A DNA stretch of 64,000 nucleotides from Macrostomum lignano (taxonomy: Eukaryota). Of the stretch, positions 33,185 through 46,917 are shown piece after piece (the first letter of the stretch is position 1; every line of letters starts with the position of its first letter). The notes under the pieces were generated by a model, which was not told the origin of the DNA, did not search any database, and saw only the letters and a list, made by a program, of their open reading frames with translations. The DNA is taken from assembly GCA_002269645.1 (NCBI GenBank), contig NIVC01001525.1, positions 209,925 through 273,924 of the forward strand. Direction: 5' to 3'. Both the position numbers and the translations under genes were made by a program.

Positions 33185-34368
33185 TGTGATTAGCATGCAC
33201 GATAAGCAATAAATTAGGCCCTAGACAAACCTATTTTTGGAGCGTTCAGAGATTTTTTTAAACTATTGGCCCTATTGCCTATCGCCGGTCGGCGAGTTCT
33301 ACCAATCTTTCTCCAATAGTCGCAGTACGGTTCAAGCAAAGGAAGAACACAGGTGAAACCGATTCGAATAGATTTAGAGAGTGATAATCCTAGCAAGAAT
33401 GACCAAGTTTGATTGACTCGACGATTTAATTAGATTCAATAAAGTTACAAGATTCTTTAACGTAATTCGCGGCGCAGATAATTCGAACTGATGATAACAA
33501 ACCAATAATAACGATACAACAATTAATAATAGTAAATTAATTACGCAACTGGCAAGCGGATCTCAGCTTGAAGAAGAAGAAGAAGAAACCGACACGGGAC
33601 CACGGAGAAAGACCACTGGCCTAACCCAGAACCTACACTCAAACGAGAGCCCTGACGAACCGACTGTTCAGCGGAGCACTAACTAAGTTCTATCAGCGCT
33701 GCCCTTCAGTGCGACACTGAGGCCATCGGGATCGAGGCCACGTACTTGGTCAAATCCGTCAGTCTCTATCTAGACCGCGCTTAATAGCGACAACTTCAGA
33801 CACTGATGCCGTATCGTTACGCTACGAGACTGAAGCGGTCGGGCAGGGAGTGAAACACGGACCGGGGGTGATGAAATCGGGCGCCTCAAAGCGCGAAACC
33901 AAAATAGGGCAAAACGGCCGGGAAGTTGAGCAAAACCAAGGGCCAAAAGCAGGAGAGAAGGGGAAGGGTGAGATCCGATCGCCAAACACACTTTCATTTA
34001 TGGTCATTGTCAGACCCCTCACAACCCCCCTCAAGCCGGGTGGTGGTAGTCTGGCCGGCCGCTCGCCAAGCTGAATTGCACTGTGCCGCGGCGCCGGGTA
34101 GAGTCATATTTTGCCGCGTGCCAGGGTCCTGGCCGATTCTGATTGGCTGGCCGCGCAAAGCCGGGGTTTGCAGAAACTTCAACCCTCCGCTGAGTCACAA
34201 ATGGCGTCTGACTTCTACCCTGTTTACGCAAAAAATTAGACTCTAACTAACAAGAAAAAAGTACATTGAAAACGCGTGACTAAATTAAAGCAAAATAATA
34301 ATTATCAACAATATTACAGAAAATAACTAATAGAATACAAAACTATCGCAAAAGATGCTCACACTACA
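33185..34368. mobile_element. Diverged LTR of the same family, without TSD
   Basis: TGTGAT...CACTACA ends, collinear with 818-2012; flanks CGCC and GTGC differ. Confidence 0.8.
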
Positions 34369-37300
34369 GTGCCCTTCTGGAGAGACTCATCGGGAATTCG
34401 GTGATCCGGGCCTGGAGGCATGTGTTCAGCACGGCAAGAACAGTCTCTTAACTAGGAGCTGGATCAAGTGTTCGCTGTCTCCATTAATTAATGGCTCTCA
34501 ATTAATTAATGGCTCTCCCCGGCTGCTTGCTTTTTCCAGCCCTGCGGGTGGGTTTTGTACCTATTAGACCGCAGGGATTGCTGGTCAAAGTGGGCCAAGC
34601 CAACTGTAAGCTGCAGTCTTAATCAAAAGGCCATGCAAGGTGTCTCTGGCCAGGAAGTAGATTCGGTGCCCCTAAAAACCACAACGACCCGAAGTATACC
34701 GTCCTGCTGGACCTGCTCTGTCCACGACATAGTCTATTCGGGTCTGATCCCCTCCCACACGATCAGGACGTTTTTCCACCCTAAGACTCAAGCGCTTCTT
34801 AAATGTATCTCTATGGAATACGTTGGCTTCCTGGTGCAAATACTTGAGAGACGTAAGACGATACCACTTTGGAGCTTTTAGCTGAGGCGTATTACCGCGG
34901 TTCCTTTGCTCCGATTGAAATTGTGTTGACTTTAATCTTTATTGACCTCAGCCTGGTCTCTCGAGGCTACAGTTACGCAAACGCAGTAGATAGAAATAAA
35001 GCATCAGTCCGTCAGTAAGCAGTAAGTCTCGCAAAATTCTCTAAACCCCTACCTAATATAAATCTAACTACTAACAGTAATCTGCATTTTTGTCTTTCTA
35101 TCTCACCAGTGTCCATCAAGGAATACCTCAAAAGACTTAATAAAAATACTTAAGTCGTGCTTGGTTACCAGATAAGTAATTTAAGCTAAAAGTTCTTTTC
35201 AGTCAAAGAAAAACAGAGCCCACAGGGCTATGAATAACCATGCCCGATCAAACTACTGATTAGGACATTACGACGAATATAACGCGATGTTTTTCGTTTT
35301 CTAAACACCGGTTATATTCTGCCATCAGACAGCGCTGGAACAAGCGACAACAACCGGAGATGCTTTTCTTTGACTCTGCCTTTTTGGGCTTCCAGTTCAC
35401 GTATATTTATGAGCTTCTACAATTTCATCCCCTGCCGCCGATGAGGTGGGCAACCGCTTTCCTAACGACGGCGGGGTTTACACAAAAAGCGCGTATGCAA
35501 TTAAAACAACACTAGGCATGCCCGTAACTACGGGGGCGAGGGCTAGACGGTTAGACTTAATGAATTACTCTGGTTGCGTTAGAGCATCTGAGGGAGCTCA
35601 GTTCACTGTCCTTCTGTGCGGGATGGCCCACGCATCCACCCCTCGGTTGCTACGCCAGGTTGGGGTTGGGCTGTCCACGGCTCCTCCCCATGAGCGGCCG
35701 GGCTCATTAAGAATTATCCGGCCGTCCGTCTCCGCCTGTCAACCGTCCAGGTCAAATTGCCGCCTCGCCTTTAATGTATGGCTGAAATGGATGGGATCTG
35801 CTGTAGCTTTGCCATGAGCTGCGTGTGCTATTGTAGGCTCAGCCTATTTGCCTCTTTCTATTGTTTTTGCTTAGTTTCTAAACCCTACAGCGAGACAGCA
35901 ACTTCGCTCATTTAATTAGAATAAGCAATTTTCTAAGTTCGTGCCTGTAAATCCCACAACGCCAGGCCTGGAGTGGCTGCACGCCCGGACCAGCGCTCAG
36001 CCCAACAGCAACCGGTTCCGCGTCGACCTGCTGTACTGGAACGACACCTACATCTGCAGACACTGATAGCCAAAAGCATTAAACTAGATAGGTGTTAGGC
36101 AACTCTCGGGGGTGGCAGAGTGGGGACTTATCGCATTGGTTGAATTAGATGCGGCTCTCCCCTTTCCTGGGCCTCTGTCCCCCACAGCACTTTCGGTCCC
36201 TTCCCTTCCCAACAGGTACATTCTGTTCATCCTCGCGGGATGTCCGGTCTCTCCAGGTTGTTCTCTGCAGGCCTGCCCTCCGATCCGGTTTTGGGCGGTC
36301 TGCACCTCTGGGCTGGCTTAAATAAGGGGATAATCGATCGTTGCTCATGCTAGCGACCATTTGCTCTTTCATGTGCTGCTTTAATCCTCAGGTTGCTGTG
36401 GGGCTCTCTAATTTCTATTCTTATTTCTAACTCTTATAATAAGCTTCTTCTACATTCCATGCTGAGTGCTTTGGCAGTACATAATTTAAAACCAGTACAA
36501 ACTACAATATTAATAATACGCATAAAACTTGATATTTTAACCACGTTAAAACTGAAACTTTGTTCTGTCGCAGTGTTAGCAGCTGCAGGTGATCTCGCAG
36601 GGATTTCAGGTGCGCGGCTCTGTCAGCCGACTTGTCAGACACTTTTCAGACACTCACACCCCACTAATCGAGTTCAAGGATAAAATGAAACTATTTAAAA
36701 TGTTCTTCAACCTAGAAACCAGAATATATAGGACAATAATCTATAAAGGAGCTTGTGTATGTATATTTCACGTTACAAATCATGTTTTAACTCATGGTAA
36801 TCCGTTTGAAGTTTATGAGAATTAAAAATTCGTTTCAGTGAAGAAAAAAACACACGTGCATTATTATAAAGACGGTGACAGGTGTGTGTACCACATTCCA
36901 CAATGAGTTATAGTGAACTAAATCTTTGATGCATTGTTTCGAGAGACATTGTGTAGTGTGAGTCTGCTCGCGGCTGCTCTCGATCTATACTTTACGACTA
37001 TCTATGTGTACATCTGTTTAACATCAAAATGTATTTCTGTTGTACTTCCGCTCAGAAAACAAAAAAGAATGAGAACTTCATTATTTGGCAACAAGAAGCC
37101 ATTATTTAACAAACTCACAGAGCTCATGTCGGAAGCCACCAACCAAAAGTACCAACTCACCAACTCACCAACTCATCTAAGAGAGCCGCTTCAAACGGAT
37201 TGAAGCTGCCCTACCGCCCGCCACCCGAACTGACAGGCCGAGTTCACTCTAGCCAAGCAATTAATAAGAGCAGGATACTGTAGGGTGAAGGTAGAGAGAC

Positions 37301-37372
37301 AAAGCTACTTTATTGGCCTTTACAAATACTTTATAATTCCGAGGCTCACTTTTCACGGCAAGTGTCGTTGCA

Positions 37373-37691
37373 TTTTTTTATTAGAGGCAGGGGGGTTGTG
37401 TGCACCCTGGCGCACTTTAAGCGACATAGGCACACAACCGGCGAGAGGCATTGCTGCCCATTCCGATGACTCCTCTGAGCAGGCACACAAGCGCGCGAAT
37501 ACGTACGCAGGCACACACTCACACAGGAGTGTACAGCGGGCCTAACTCTATTTATCGTTGGGCATGTACACTTCACTGCGCCTTGGGGGTTGGGTCTCAA
37601 GGCCGTTAATTGCACGAGCAGAGCCAAGCCGAGATTCCAATTCAGCCCCAAATTAGTGTGACTACACTTGGAATCGAGCCTGGGTCGCTGG
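37373..37691 (-). mobile_element. Second copy of SINE family 1 (5'-truncated)
   Basis: Reverse complement closely matches about 22066-22388. Confidence 0.88.
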
Positions 37692-37694
37692 CAC

Positions 37695-38420
37695 CAGTTC
37701 TCCTCTATGCCCTTCCAGTTCTCCCCTATGCCCTTCCAGTTCTCCTCTATGCCCTTCCAGTTCTCCTCTATGCCCTTCCAGTTCTCCTCTATGCCCTTCC
37801 AGTTCTCCCCCATGCCCTTCCAGTTCTCCTCTATGCCCTTCCAGTTCTCCCCATGCCCTTCCAGTTCTCCTCTATGCCCTTCCAGTTCTCCCCTATGCCC
37901 TTCCAGTTCTCCCCCATGCCCTTCCAGTTCTCCCCTATGCCCTTCCAGTTCTCCCCTATGCCCTTCCAGTTCTCCTCTATGCCCTTCCAGTTCTCCCCTA
38001 TGCCCTTCCAGTTCTCCCCTATGCCCTTCCAGTTCTCCCCTATGCCCTTCCAGTTCTCCCCCATGCCCTTCCAGTTCTCCCATCTGCCTTTCCAGTACTC
38101 CCCTATGCCCTTCCAGTTCTCCTCTATGCCCTTCCAGTTCTCCCCTATGCCCTTCCAGTTCTCCTCTATGCCCTTCCAGTTCTCCCCCATGCCCTTCCAG
38201 TTCTCCTCTATGCCCTTCCAGTTCTCCCCTATGCCCTTCCAGTTCTCCCCCATGCCCTTCCAGTTCTCCTCTATGCCCTTCCAGTTCTCCCCTATGCCCT
38301 TCCAGTTCTCCCCTATGCCCTTCCAGTTCTCCCCCATGCCCTTCCAGTTCTCCCATCTGCCTTTCCAGTACTCCCCTATGCCCTTCCAGTTCTCCCATCT
38401 GCCTTTTCAGTTCTCCCTCT
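37695..38420. repeat. 21-bp minisatellite (CTTCCAGTTCTCCCCTATGCC)
   Basis: Seen directly in the sequence. Confidence 0.97.
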
Positions 38421-39369
38421 TCAGCCTTCCAATTACCCCACTCTGCCCTCTGCCTATCCTCTTTTGAATTCAATGAAGATTCAACACAAAAATTTGGAAT
38501 GCGCCGAGAATAGGCTACACTATATATTGATAGTTAATTATCAAGTCGAAAAAGTCTAGTAATCTAAATATGTACTAAGCCAATAAAGATGAATCTAAGA
38601 GTATTATTAGACACATGCTTGCAGTATATGCTACGAGTACTTGGGCCAATATGTCGCAAAAACGTTTACAAAAAAGGCTATTCATAAAAAGTTCTCAGGA
38701 AAGCATGCTTAACTAACTCTAAAGCGTGATGCAATTCTCCATACAATTTCAGGGCATTAAGGCCCGGTCAAAGCCATAAGCAAAAATAGCAACCAGAGCT
38801 TTGTTATTTGTATACAGAGCACGATTTTGTCTTGAGTAATGATTATAACAGTTACTATGGTGTAATTTAGGACAGCAATTTTTAGCACATATAAAAGTGT
38901 ACTTTTGGACAATAATTCTTTAAAAAATAGATTTTTTTTTTGCGCTTCAGAAACTTATTTTCATAATCTGACAAAAAAACTGCTACACAAAGCTATTGAC
39001 AAGGAATTAACAAGGACTTGATTTACTTTACATGGAACACTACACTTGCTGCTTATGAATAAGAGTCTGCTTGAAACAAGGAAAGAGGGAGAAAGCGTGG
39101 GAGATGGGGAGATGAGGGAGCGGAGTAAGGGGGAAGGAATTAAAGTAACAAAAATTTCATATAAATAATACGGCGCTTGTTATAATATTGTTATATATTG
39201 CTGCTATTGTTGTGGTTTCTTCGTTAATGTTGTTGATATTGTTGTTATCGTTCTGCTTTTGTTTTTGGTATTGCTGTTATTGGTTTTTATTGTTGTTTTA
39301 TTGTTGTTGTTATTTCAGATAAGGGTCAATCCAGCTACCATGTCTTATTCTGCGCGTTAAGGCTCCCAA

Positions 39370-40580
39370 CTATTGAAAAAATTCAGACCTGTCAATCAGA
39401 GCATCCATGATATCGGCGGGAGCACCAGCCTGGCCTTCATGCCGCATGAAGTCAACGAGATTTCTACTCCGTCTAGCGGCATTATTTCGGAAAAAATTCT
39501 GTTCGAAGCTGGACAGTCCGTACCGAAGTTCGAAGAACATATTGGCTGCCACCAAAGTGACAACTGCCAGCTCCATCTCCGACTCATCAAAGCCTTCATC
39601 ATCTGAATTGCTAATTGGAAATGAATCCCTTGGCATCCATTTTTCGAAAACTTCTTCCGGCGTTGCTTTGCGCTCGCACTCACAAGAATCTCCCAAGAAC
39701 ACTCGGTAGTCAGTAGTAGCCATTGACTGCCTGACTGTGATTTGCTGGAGCGGATTCTCAGTGCAGTGCCGACAGTCGCAGTTGTGCAGCAGCACGTTTT
39801 CACCCTCCAGATATCTCACAAAATTCGCAGTCCAGAATTGTCGTCGTGTCGAGTCCCAGACATCGTCCCTTCTTGGGTTTCCGTTGTGTTGGCCGGTTGC
39901 AAACTTGACACTTTTTACAGACACGTTCGTCATCTGGGGCCCGTCATGTACAGCAAAATGGAACTTTTCGAGATCCCAGCAACTGTACTTGAAGTCTTCA
40001 CCGATGCACCCCTTCTCAAAGCACAGGCCGTTTAGGGCCACGTAATTTCTAATGAAGGAAGCAAAATTATTTTGGCTGTTGGTGCTGCTGCTGAAAAACA
40101 TCTCAAGAAAGCAAGGAATTTCAATTGCTGCAGTGGCGTGAGCTGGGTGATAGCGGTATGAGAAATACTCATGGATATCTGAGACGGTCAGGTAAAGGAT
40201 GGCCGACTTAAATAGCTCGTAGCTCACCGGTATGTCCACTGACACACCTTCGTTCATCCAGGTGCACAGACATCGCTCACCCATTCCTGCCGGTATTTGA
40301 CCCTGGTTTCTTCTAATTATTAGCCTCCCGAACACTCTGCGCCCTTCACCTTGTTGTTCTGACGTCACAGCCCTAAAAAGTCTTGCCAGCTTCTCGTGAA
40401 GCTGATAAAATGGTTCTCCTGCATTCGTCTCGTAGGTGAGGACGACCCTCAAAGCCAGACTGCGTTTTAGGTTTGGGTCGTTTCTAAACTGGACGTTTTG
40501 CATCAGGGCTTCAATCTCCGAGACAGCTTTTTAGTCAGTATTTCCTCAAATACTCGTAGTTCATAGTTGTCACGGTCCAT
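39370..40580 (-). CDS. Copy B of the uncharacterised neighbour gene (377-aa ORF from 40503; ATG 40580 is offset by a 1-nt frameshift near 40530)
   Basis: Long intronless ORF with Cys/His clusters (HNCDCRHC, SCECE); alignment with copy A shows the missing base in a homopolymer run. Confidence 0.65.
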
Positions 40581-41643
40581 CTGCAAAATTTAGGTTCCAT
40601 CTTTATTACAATATTTTTAACATTACGAAATGAAAGCTAACATAACGTGATACAAAAAAGAATTCAAAATCTAATAATTTATTTTCAAATTTACCAGTAA
40701 CAAGACTACTAGTAAAAATTCAAGTGATGTTTGAAATTAAAATATCCTGCAATATTTTTTAAAACTTTTTTTGCATTCCACCAACCCAGCATTGTGCAAT
40801 AATGGTTGCAATCGCGTCATTTTTAATATAGATAAATATTCAATAACTGCTTCAGTTAATATATTGTGAGAAGTTTCGCCCACCATGAAGTATAAAAAAG
40901 TGGCTTGGTGATGAACTATGGAGTAAGACACAGTATGAAAAAATAGATTCACAAGGTCCTCCAGCAGCTCAATATAATGCTTGTAGAGTTTTATGTATTT
41001 TATTTACAAGTCTGCTTAAACACCGGAGACAGAAGAAATGAAACAACACTGGCACAAACGGCAGTCTTTTTCTTATCGAGACTGTGAGCTCACTGGATCA
41101 GTCAAATCTGCAATGCATTGTGTGCCGAAACAATAGGAAGGGATGAGGGGCTGAGAGAGATGAGGAGCTGGGAGGGATGGGGGCTGGGAGGGATGGCGGG
41201 CTGGGAGAGAAAAGTGGGACTGGGAATGTCTAACACACAGGCAGTCAGCAGCTGTACTACGTTTGTAGCTGCCCTCTCCCGCTGTGTCATGGCGGTACGG
41301 GCAGTACACGGTGCGTCCTCACACTGAGCAGCTACAGCAAGGTTGGGCTGCATGGGTCTCCTCTCCAGATGCAGGTATTTGGCAGGAGAGGGGGTTTTCA
41401 GCTTATTATCGATCCTCTCTCTCTGCTCCCCATTGCCATGGCTCACCCATTTTGCAGGGAAAATCATATAATGCAGCCCATTGTTACTAAAATGGCTATT
41501 GAGGCATCTCTGTGAGAAACGCTGCTCAAATATTAAAGAAGTACTGCGTATACCAGACAGGACTAAATTAGAATAACTAGTGGTCCTTGATTTTCAACAA
41601 GTCCTTCTTTACAGCCAACAAGAAAACAAAAGCGAAATAAAAT

Positions 41644-42814
41644 ATGAGCCTACTGCAATCTATGGATATTCGGCAAAGCGTGCTCGCCCTGTGCGATATT
41701 CTGGGATCTTCTCAGTCAAAGCGAAACAAAATAGCCAGACCTGTCGAGGCGTGCCCAATTCTGAGACTCACACCGCCAACGACTTTGGACAGCCAAGACG
41801 CCAGTTGTGAGATCTTGATCGCCAGTCTGGAAGCTGAGGATTCTGAAGACACGACCGGATCGGATTAAACTCCATATGCCGTGGTGTCTTCACTGCACTC
41901 GGTAAAAGTCACCTTCACGGGCTTACCGAATTTAAGCGAGCGATTCAGTGCAACTTTTCCCCCAGTGCTCGGTGATCTGTGCAGACTTGTATCGCAACTG
42001 ATTAAAGTGACTGGAGTCAAGCAGCTCAGGATTCAAGTCGATCCAAGCACTGCTGACCGAATACTCAAATCCTCAGTCCAACCGCAGCTGCTAGATGATG
42101 TTTCAATCAGGCATTTCCTGTCATCCGCTTTTGTGTTCTGCCATCTACTGAGGGTCCCGGGAGAAACCCGTCTCGAGTCACTTTTGGACTTGAAGGCTGG
42201 CGATGCGCTGGTGACGATCAGAGATCAGCCCCAATGCTCGATGAGACTTGCTGTGAGTTCCTGCTTAAACGGAGAAGATGAAGCAGTCAATGAAGAGTTG
42301 GAGCACTGCATCGCTGAGAGCTCAAAGCGTTCTGCGCCAGTTTATCTGTGCATTCTGTTCAACGAGATCAGGACCTGCGAATGGTACCTGAAGACCAGAA
42401 AAGAAGTTGAATGTCAACGTAAGCGGTTGCCCAACCATGACGTGACACGAGTTCAAGTAAAATCGAAGTCTGGTCTTAAAATCCGAATAATTCTATTCGA
42501 TTTTCAACAAGAAGGACGCTATCAGGACACAGGAGCTCTGCCAGCAGAACAGGTACTAAGCGAGTTCAGCGATGACCAGTTCCTGCGTGCTGCGGTTTCC
42601 AAGTGTGAGCAGCTGGCTCAGGAGCACTCGTTTCAGCTGGAGTGCTTCACGGTGCCCTGCCGAAACACCGCTCACATGCTGCAGGCAGCAGCGGAGGTGT
42701 AAGACAAAGTTTTTAAGGTGCAATTTTATCATTGTGGTGACACAATGTAGATATATTGATTCCGCGCTCCATTTCAGAGCTCAGGAAGCCCAAAAGCAGA
42801 GCGCTGAGGTACAT
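41644..42814 (+). pseudogene. Truncated duplicate of exons 1-2 of the ankyrin-cGLR gene
   Basis: Highly similar to 17397-18584; CAA>TAA at 41866-41868; exon 2 (42778-42814) keeps phase; no downstream ankyrin exons seen in the window. Confidence 0.85.
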
Positions 42815-43563
42815 GTAAGTGGTCACAGAGCAGCATAATCCCGCTGTGCCGACAGCCGTCGATTCGAGGGGTGTGTGTTTACCGTCGATTCGATTTTGAG
42901 CCTTTCCGGGCTTTAATGGGTCGATTCGACGGCAAACAGTCGACGTGTTTTCGACGCTTATTCGACATGTATTCGACAACCTCTCCCCTGATTCTACATG
43001 CATTTGACATCTAATATCGGTTGATATTACATACATGCATGTATATGTAAATATGTGGCTTATATTTTTGTAGGCCTTGATCGTGACAGAAACAGAATAA
43101 TTCATAGTAGCTAATGGCACATTCTATAACATCTGAAACAAATAAATGTAAGAAATTGTTTATAGATTTTCAGTCATTGTAAGTTGTAACAAAGTGCAAA
43201 GCAAATTTTCATGCTAACAGCAACAGGTTTGCTTAGGTCCAGAGCAACATGTATTTGCAAGTTAAAATGACAATTGGCACAAATTATACCATAATTAAAT
43301 TTGCACTTTGAATAACAAAAAAGTGCTTAGCAACATCTATTAAAGGTGCCAACCAAAAGGTTCAATGCCAGTCCAGGTTTAATTTTTGCTATTGCTCAGC
43401 TCAGGTTTTTCATGTCCATAGTCAGTCCTGCTGTTTAGCAACCAGCGTGACTCCTTGTAGCTAGCACACACCTCTCACTCCTTGTAGCCTTTACTTGATT
43501 AGCTGTTATGAAGCTAGCTGAAATGTGTTTAAAAAGGAAATCTATAGATATAATTACAAAATA

Positions 43564-46240
43564 TCTCTCTCTTATCTCTTATATCTAAAGCTGAGTGGGT
43601 CGATCGATCGATCGACCGGCCGGGTTTAACGCGTATCTCCTCCTAGACGGCTGGCAACTCAAATGCGAGACTTATATGTATCAATGCAGAATTTTCCTAC
43701 GCAACAAATAGGCTATTTTAATGTTGAAAATTTAAAAGTTAAGTCTGTTAAAAAAGCAGAAAACTGTTTTCTTAACCTTCTTTGGCCACTTTGCCTCTCC
43801 AGTGGCATAGTTGTAAAAACAACCACCCCAACCTCCCCCCCTGTTTTGGAGGGGTGGGTGATGCGTGTTCTGGGTTCACTGCAAATAAAACCCCCGCGTG
43901 TTGGGGGTACAGTAAAATTTAATGGTTCCCCCGGAATAGGGGGGGTGGTTTTTGGCTGAGTGTACATAGCAAAGTACATTGTAAACAGATAGATAGGACT
44001 GTGTCGAGATTCAATTGGTTTTATTACCGGCGCCTTTCAAAAGGCAGCCCTGTGTATAAGCTGGACAGTGAAATTCAATGAATAAACAGCAGGCAGGTGA
44101 ATGTACACGTACACGCGATACTTAATGCTTTAAATCGTGAATTCCAAACGTTAAATGTTCCTCGAGTTTTAAACTTTGAGAAAAGAGACTTATATTGCTG
44201 GAAGGATCTTGCAACGCTGAATTCGGGGATATAAGTTATTTGCTTTAAATATGAAAACAAAAAGCACAGCATTGAAAAAACGATTTCCATACTTTTAAAC
44301 TTTCTGCCAAGATTGCAGTCCGAAAGAGGTTGCGTACACAAATTCAAGCCAGCTATCATTTGAGTAATTTCAGTAATGGAGGAGGCGGGTGACAAATTTC
44401 AATTGGTTTGATTATCGGCGCTTTCAGTCCGTCAGATAAGAGAGTAGAGAGAAGAGAGATTTCAAGGAGAAGAGAGGATAGAAAGATGATAGAAAAGACA
44501 GTAGATATGAGAGCTGAGAGATTAAAGACGAATCGACGACAGAGGGGAGAGAAGAGTGGAGTGAGGCGGGAATGATAAAGAGGGAGAGCGAAGAGAAGAG
44601 AATGTAGAGGGAAGAAAGGAGGGGAGAGAGGAAAAATGAGAGAGCAAAGGAGGGATGAAATATGGGAGGAGAGAGGGATAAGAGAGTACAGAGGAGAGAG
44701 AAGAGAGAAGAGAGATGAGACAGGAGACGGTAGAGAGGAGAGGGGAAAGATGAGAGATGAAAAAGGAGAGGGTAAGAGAGAAAATAGGAGTATGAGAAAT
44801 GAGAGCAGAGAGGAGAGACGAAAGAGAAAAGAGAAGAGAGAGAGAGGGCAGGGTTAGAGGAGAGGCGATAGATAAGCGAGTAGAGATGAGAGATGGGAGA
44901 GAAGAGGAGAGATAAGAGAGAATTGAGAGAAGACAGGAGAGAAGAGATAAGAGAGAAGACGGGAGAGAGAGAAGCGAGAAGAGAAGGGAGAGAGGACTCA
45001 GGAGAGAGATGAGAAAAGAAATGAGAGAGCAAAGGCGAAAGATGAGAGAATAGAGATGAGAAAATAGAGATAAGAGCGCAGAGAGGAGAGATGAGAGATA
45101 GGAGGTGATTGATAAGAAAGTAAGAGTAGAGAGGAGAGAGAAGATGAGAGCAGAGAGAAGAGATTAGATAAAGGAGCAAAGAGGAGAGAGGAGACAGGAG
45201 AGAGTCTCAGTCTGGACGATGGCAGTCAATTTTTGCAAACAGGGAAAACATGCTATGATATTTCAAAGGTTTTATGGAGGATTTTTTAAATTTTTTGACG
45301 TATACCTAGACAAGTAAAAAGCATATTTTTATAGACTTCAGTTTCATAGTCTTGAGTGACTGAAATTTGATAGAGATAATATTTTTTAAATTGATGGATT
45401 GTAGCTTGAAGGAGATGATACACGCTGGATTGCATTTAACGAAAATGATTTTGATGATATCTGTTTCATGGAGAGGATGAAATGGCTAAATGAAAGGGAA
45501 TAGAGAAAAGAGAAAAGGAAAGAGTAGATAAAATATTAGATGAAAGAGAACATGAAAAGAGAGAATCAAAAGGGACAAATTAGAGAAAAGAAAAAGAGAA
45601 TAAAGGCGAGAGAAGAGATGAGGGAATTGAGAGGAGAGAGGAGAAGGGGTAAGAGAGGAGAAAGAGGAGACAGGAGGGAGTAGAGCCAAAAGACGAGAGA
45701 GAAGAGATAAATGAGTAGAGATGAGGGGAGAGAGAGGAGAGAGAAGCGAGAGGATAAGGGAGAAAGGAGAGGGGAGAAAGTGGAGAGATGAGAGAGCAGA
45801 GAGGAGATAAAGGAGAGGAGAGAGAAGAGATAAAAGAGGAGAGAGGAAAAAGTAGAGAGGAGAAAGTAGTGAGGAGAAAGAAGAGAGTAGATATAAGAGC
45901 GCAGAAAGGAGAGATAAGAGAGTAGAGATGAGAGATGAGAGATGAGATGAGAAATGATTGATAAACGAGCAGATGAGAGCAGAGAGGAGATAGGAGAGAT
46001 TAGAGATGAGAGAGCAAAGATGAGAGAGGGACAGACGAGAGTCTCAGTCTGGACAATGGCAGGCAGTCAATTTTTGCTAACAGGTAAAACAACATGGTTT
46101 TTGGGAGGTTAATAGAGGATTTGGAGAGGATTTGGACGATGGGATTCGTGTCATTGGATTTAGCTGATGGATTTCAGGGAATGAAATTCTGGCGATGGGA
46201 GTTCTATCCCCTTACTCCGCCAACGGAGGAGTTGGCCTCG
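43564..46240 (+). mobile_element. Non-autonomous Helitron (nested)
   Basis: A|TC 5' end, Lep1-like head (CTAAAG...AACTC...ATAGGCTAT), 3' hairpin GCCAAC/GTTGGC followed by CTCG|T; same family as the 54-64 kb array. Confidence 0.75.
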
Positions 46241-46917
46241 TTTATATATAATGTTTAATAACGAGTAGTATGAAGACGCACACATCTTTTTGCCACCAGT
46301 GAACGGGCTTCTTTTTAGATGTGGGTAGTCTAAAAAGTCTGGGTAGTCTACTCTTCATACTACTTGATAAACCTAGTTTTGTACCGATGAAAAAGAACTT
46401 TGAGAATCTCAAGAAAAATTTAAATCTCTACTTATCCCATTTTTCTCTTTGCCTGTTCTGTTTTTCTCCTCTCTAATCTCTCTCTAGTCTCCCCTCTCTT
46501 CTCGCTTTTCTCTCGCCTTATCTATATCTCTTACAACTCTTATCTCCTCTTTTCTCTTCTCCATCTATTCTCTTTCATTTCCTCTCTTATCTGGCCCACA
46601 AGTTGCCGCAACCATGAACTGGAATCTTCTACAATACGCCCTCGATCTAAAAAAATTGTCTAAAGTCTGTAGAGCGTAGCAGCAGCAGGGTTATAAGAAC
46701 TCCATTTAAGCTGGTTGTTTTGGCGCAAGATCTTCTAGCATCAGCTTAAGTGCTTGGAAAGCCAGGCCAGTTTTGTTTGTATGACATTTGTGGGAAAATT
46801 GTCTTTCCAGTTAATTTATGGCTCATTTAAAAAATCTCTGCATTTAAAAGTATATTTATTCAATATATCTAAAAGTTTTTTATTGATCGACACCTCACTC
46901 AATTCAATCAGTGCAGT

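Noticed and set aside
31437-33209. Long repetitive ORFs (QPSHS, GEGEA, RGRG)
   Set aside because: They arise from stop-free 15/21-bp minisatellites and are open in several frames on both strands.
37346-38513. ELEGHRG / PFQFS repeat proteins
   Set aside because: Translation artefacts of a 21-bp satellite.
38630-38700. Further ORF1 relic (YWPK, TACTCGTAG)
   Set aside because: Match too short to distinguish from chance.
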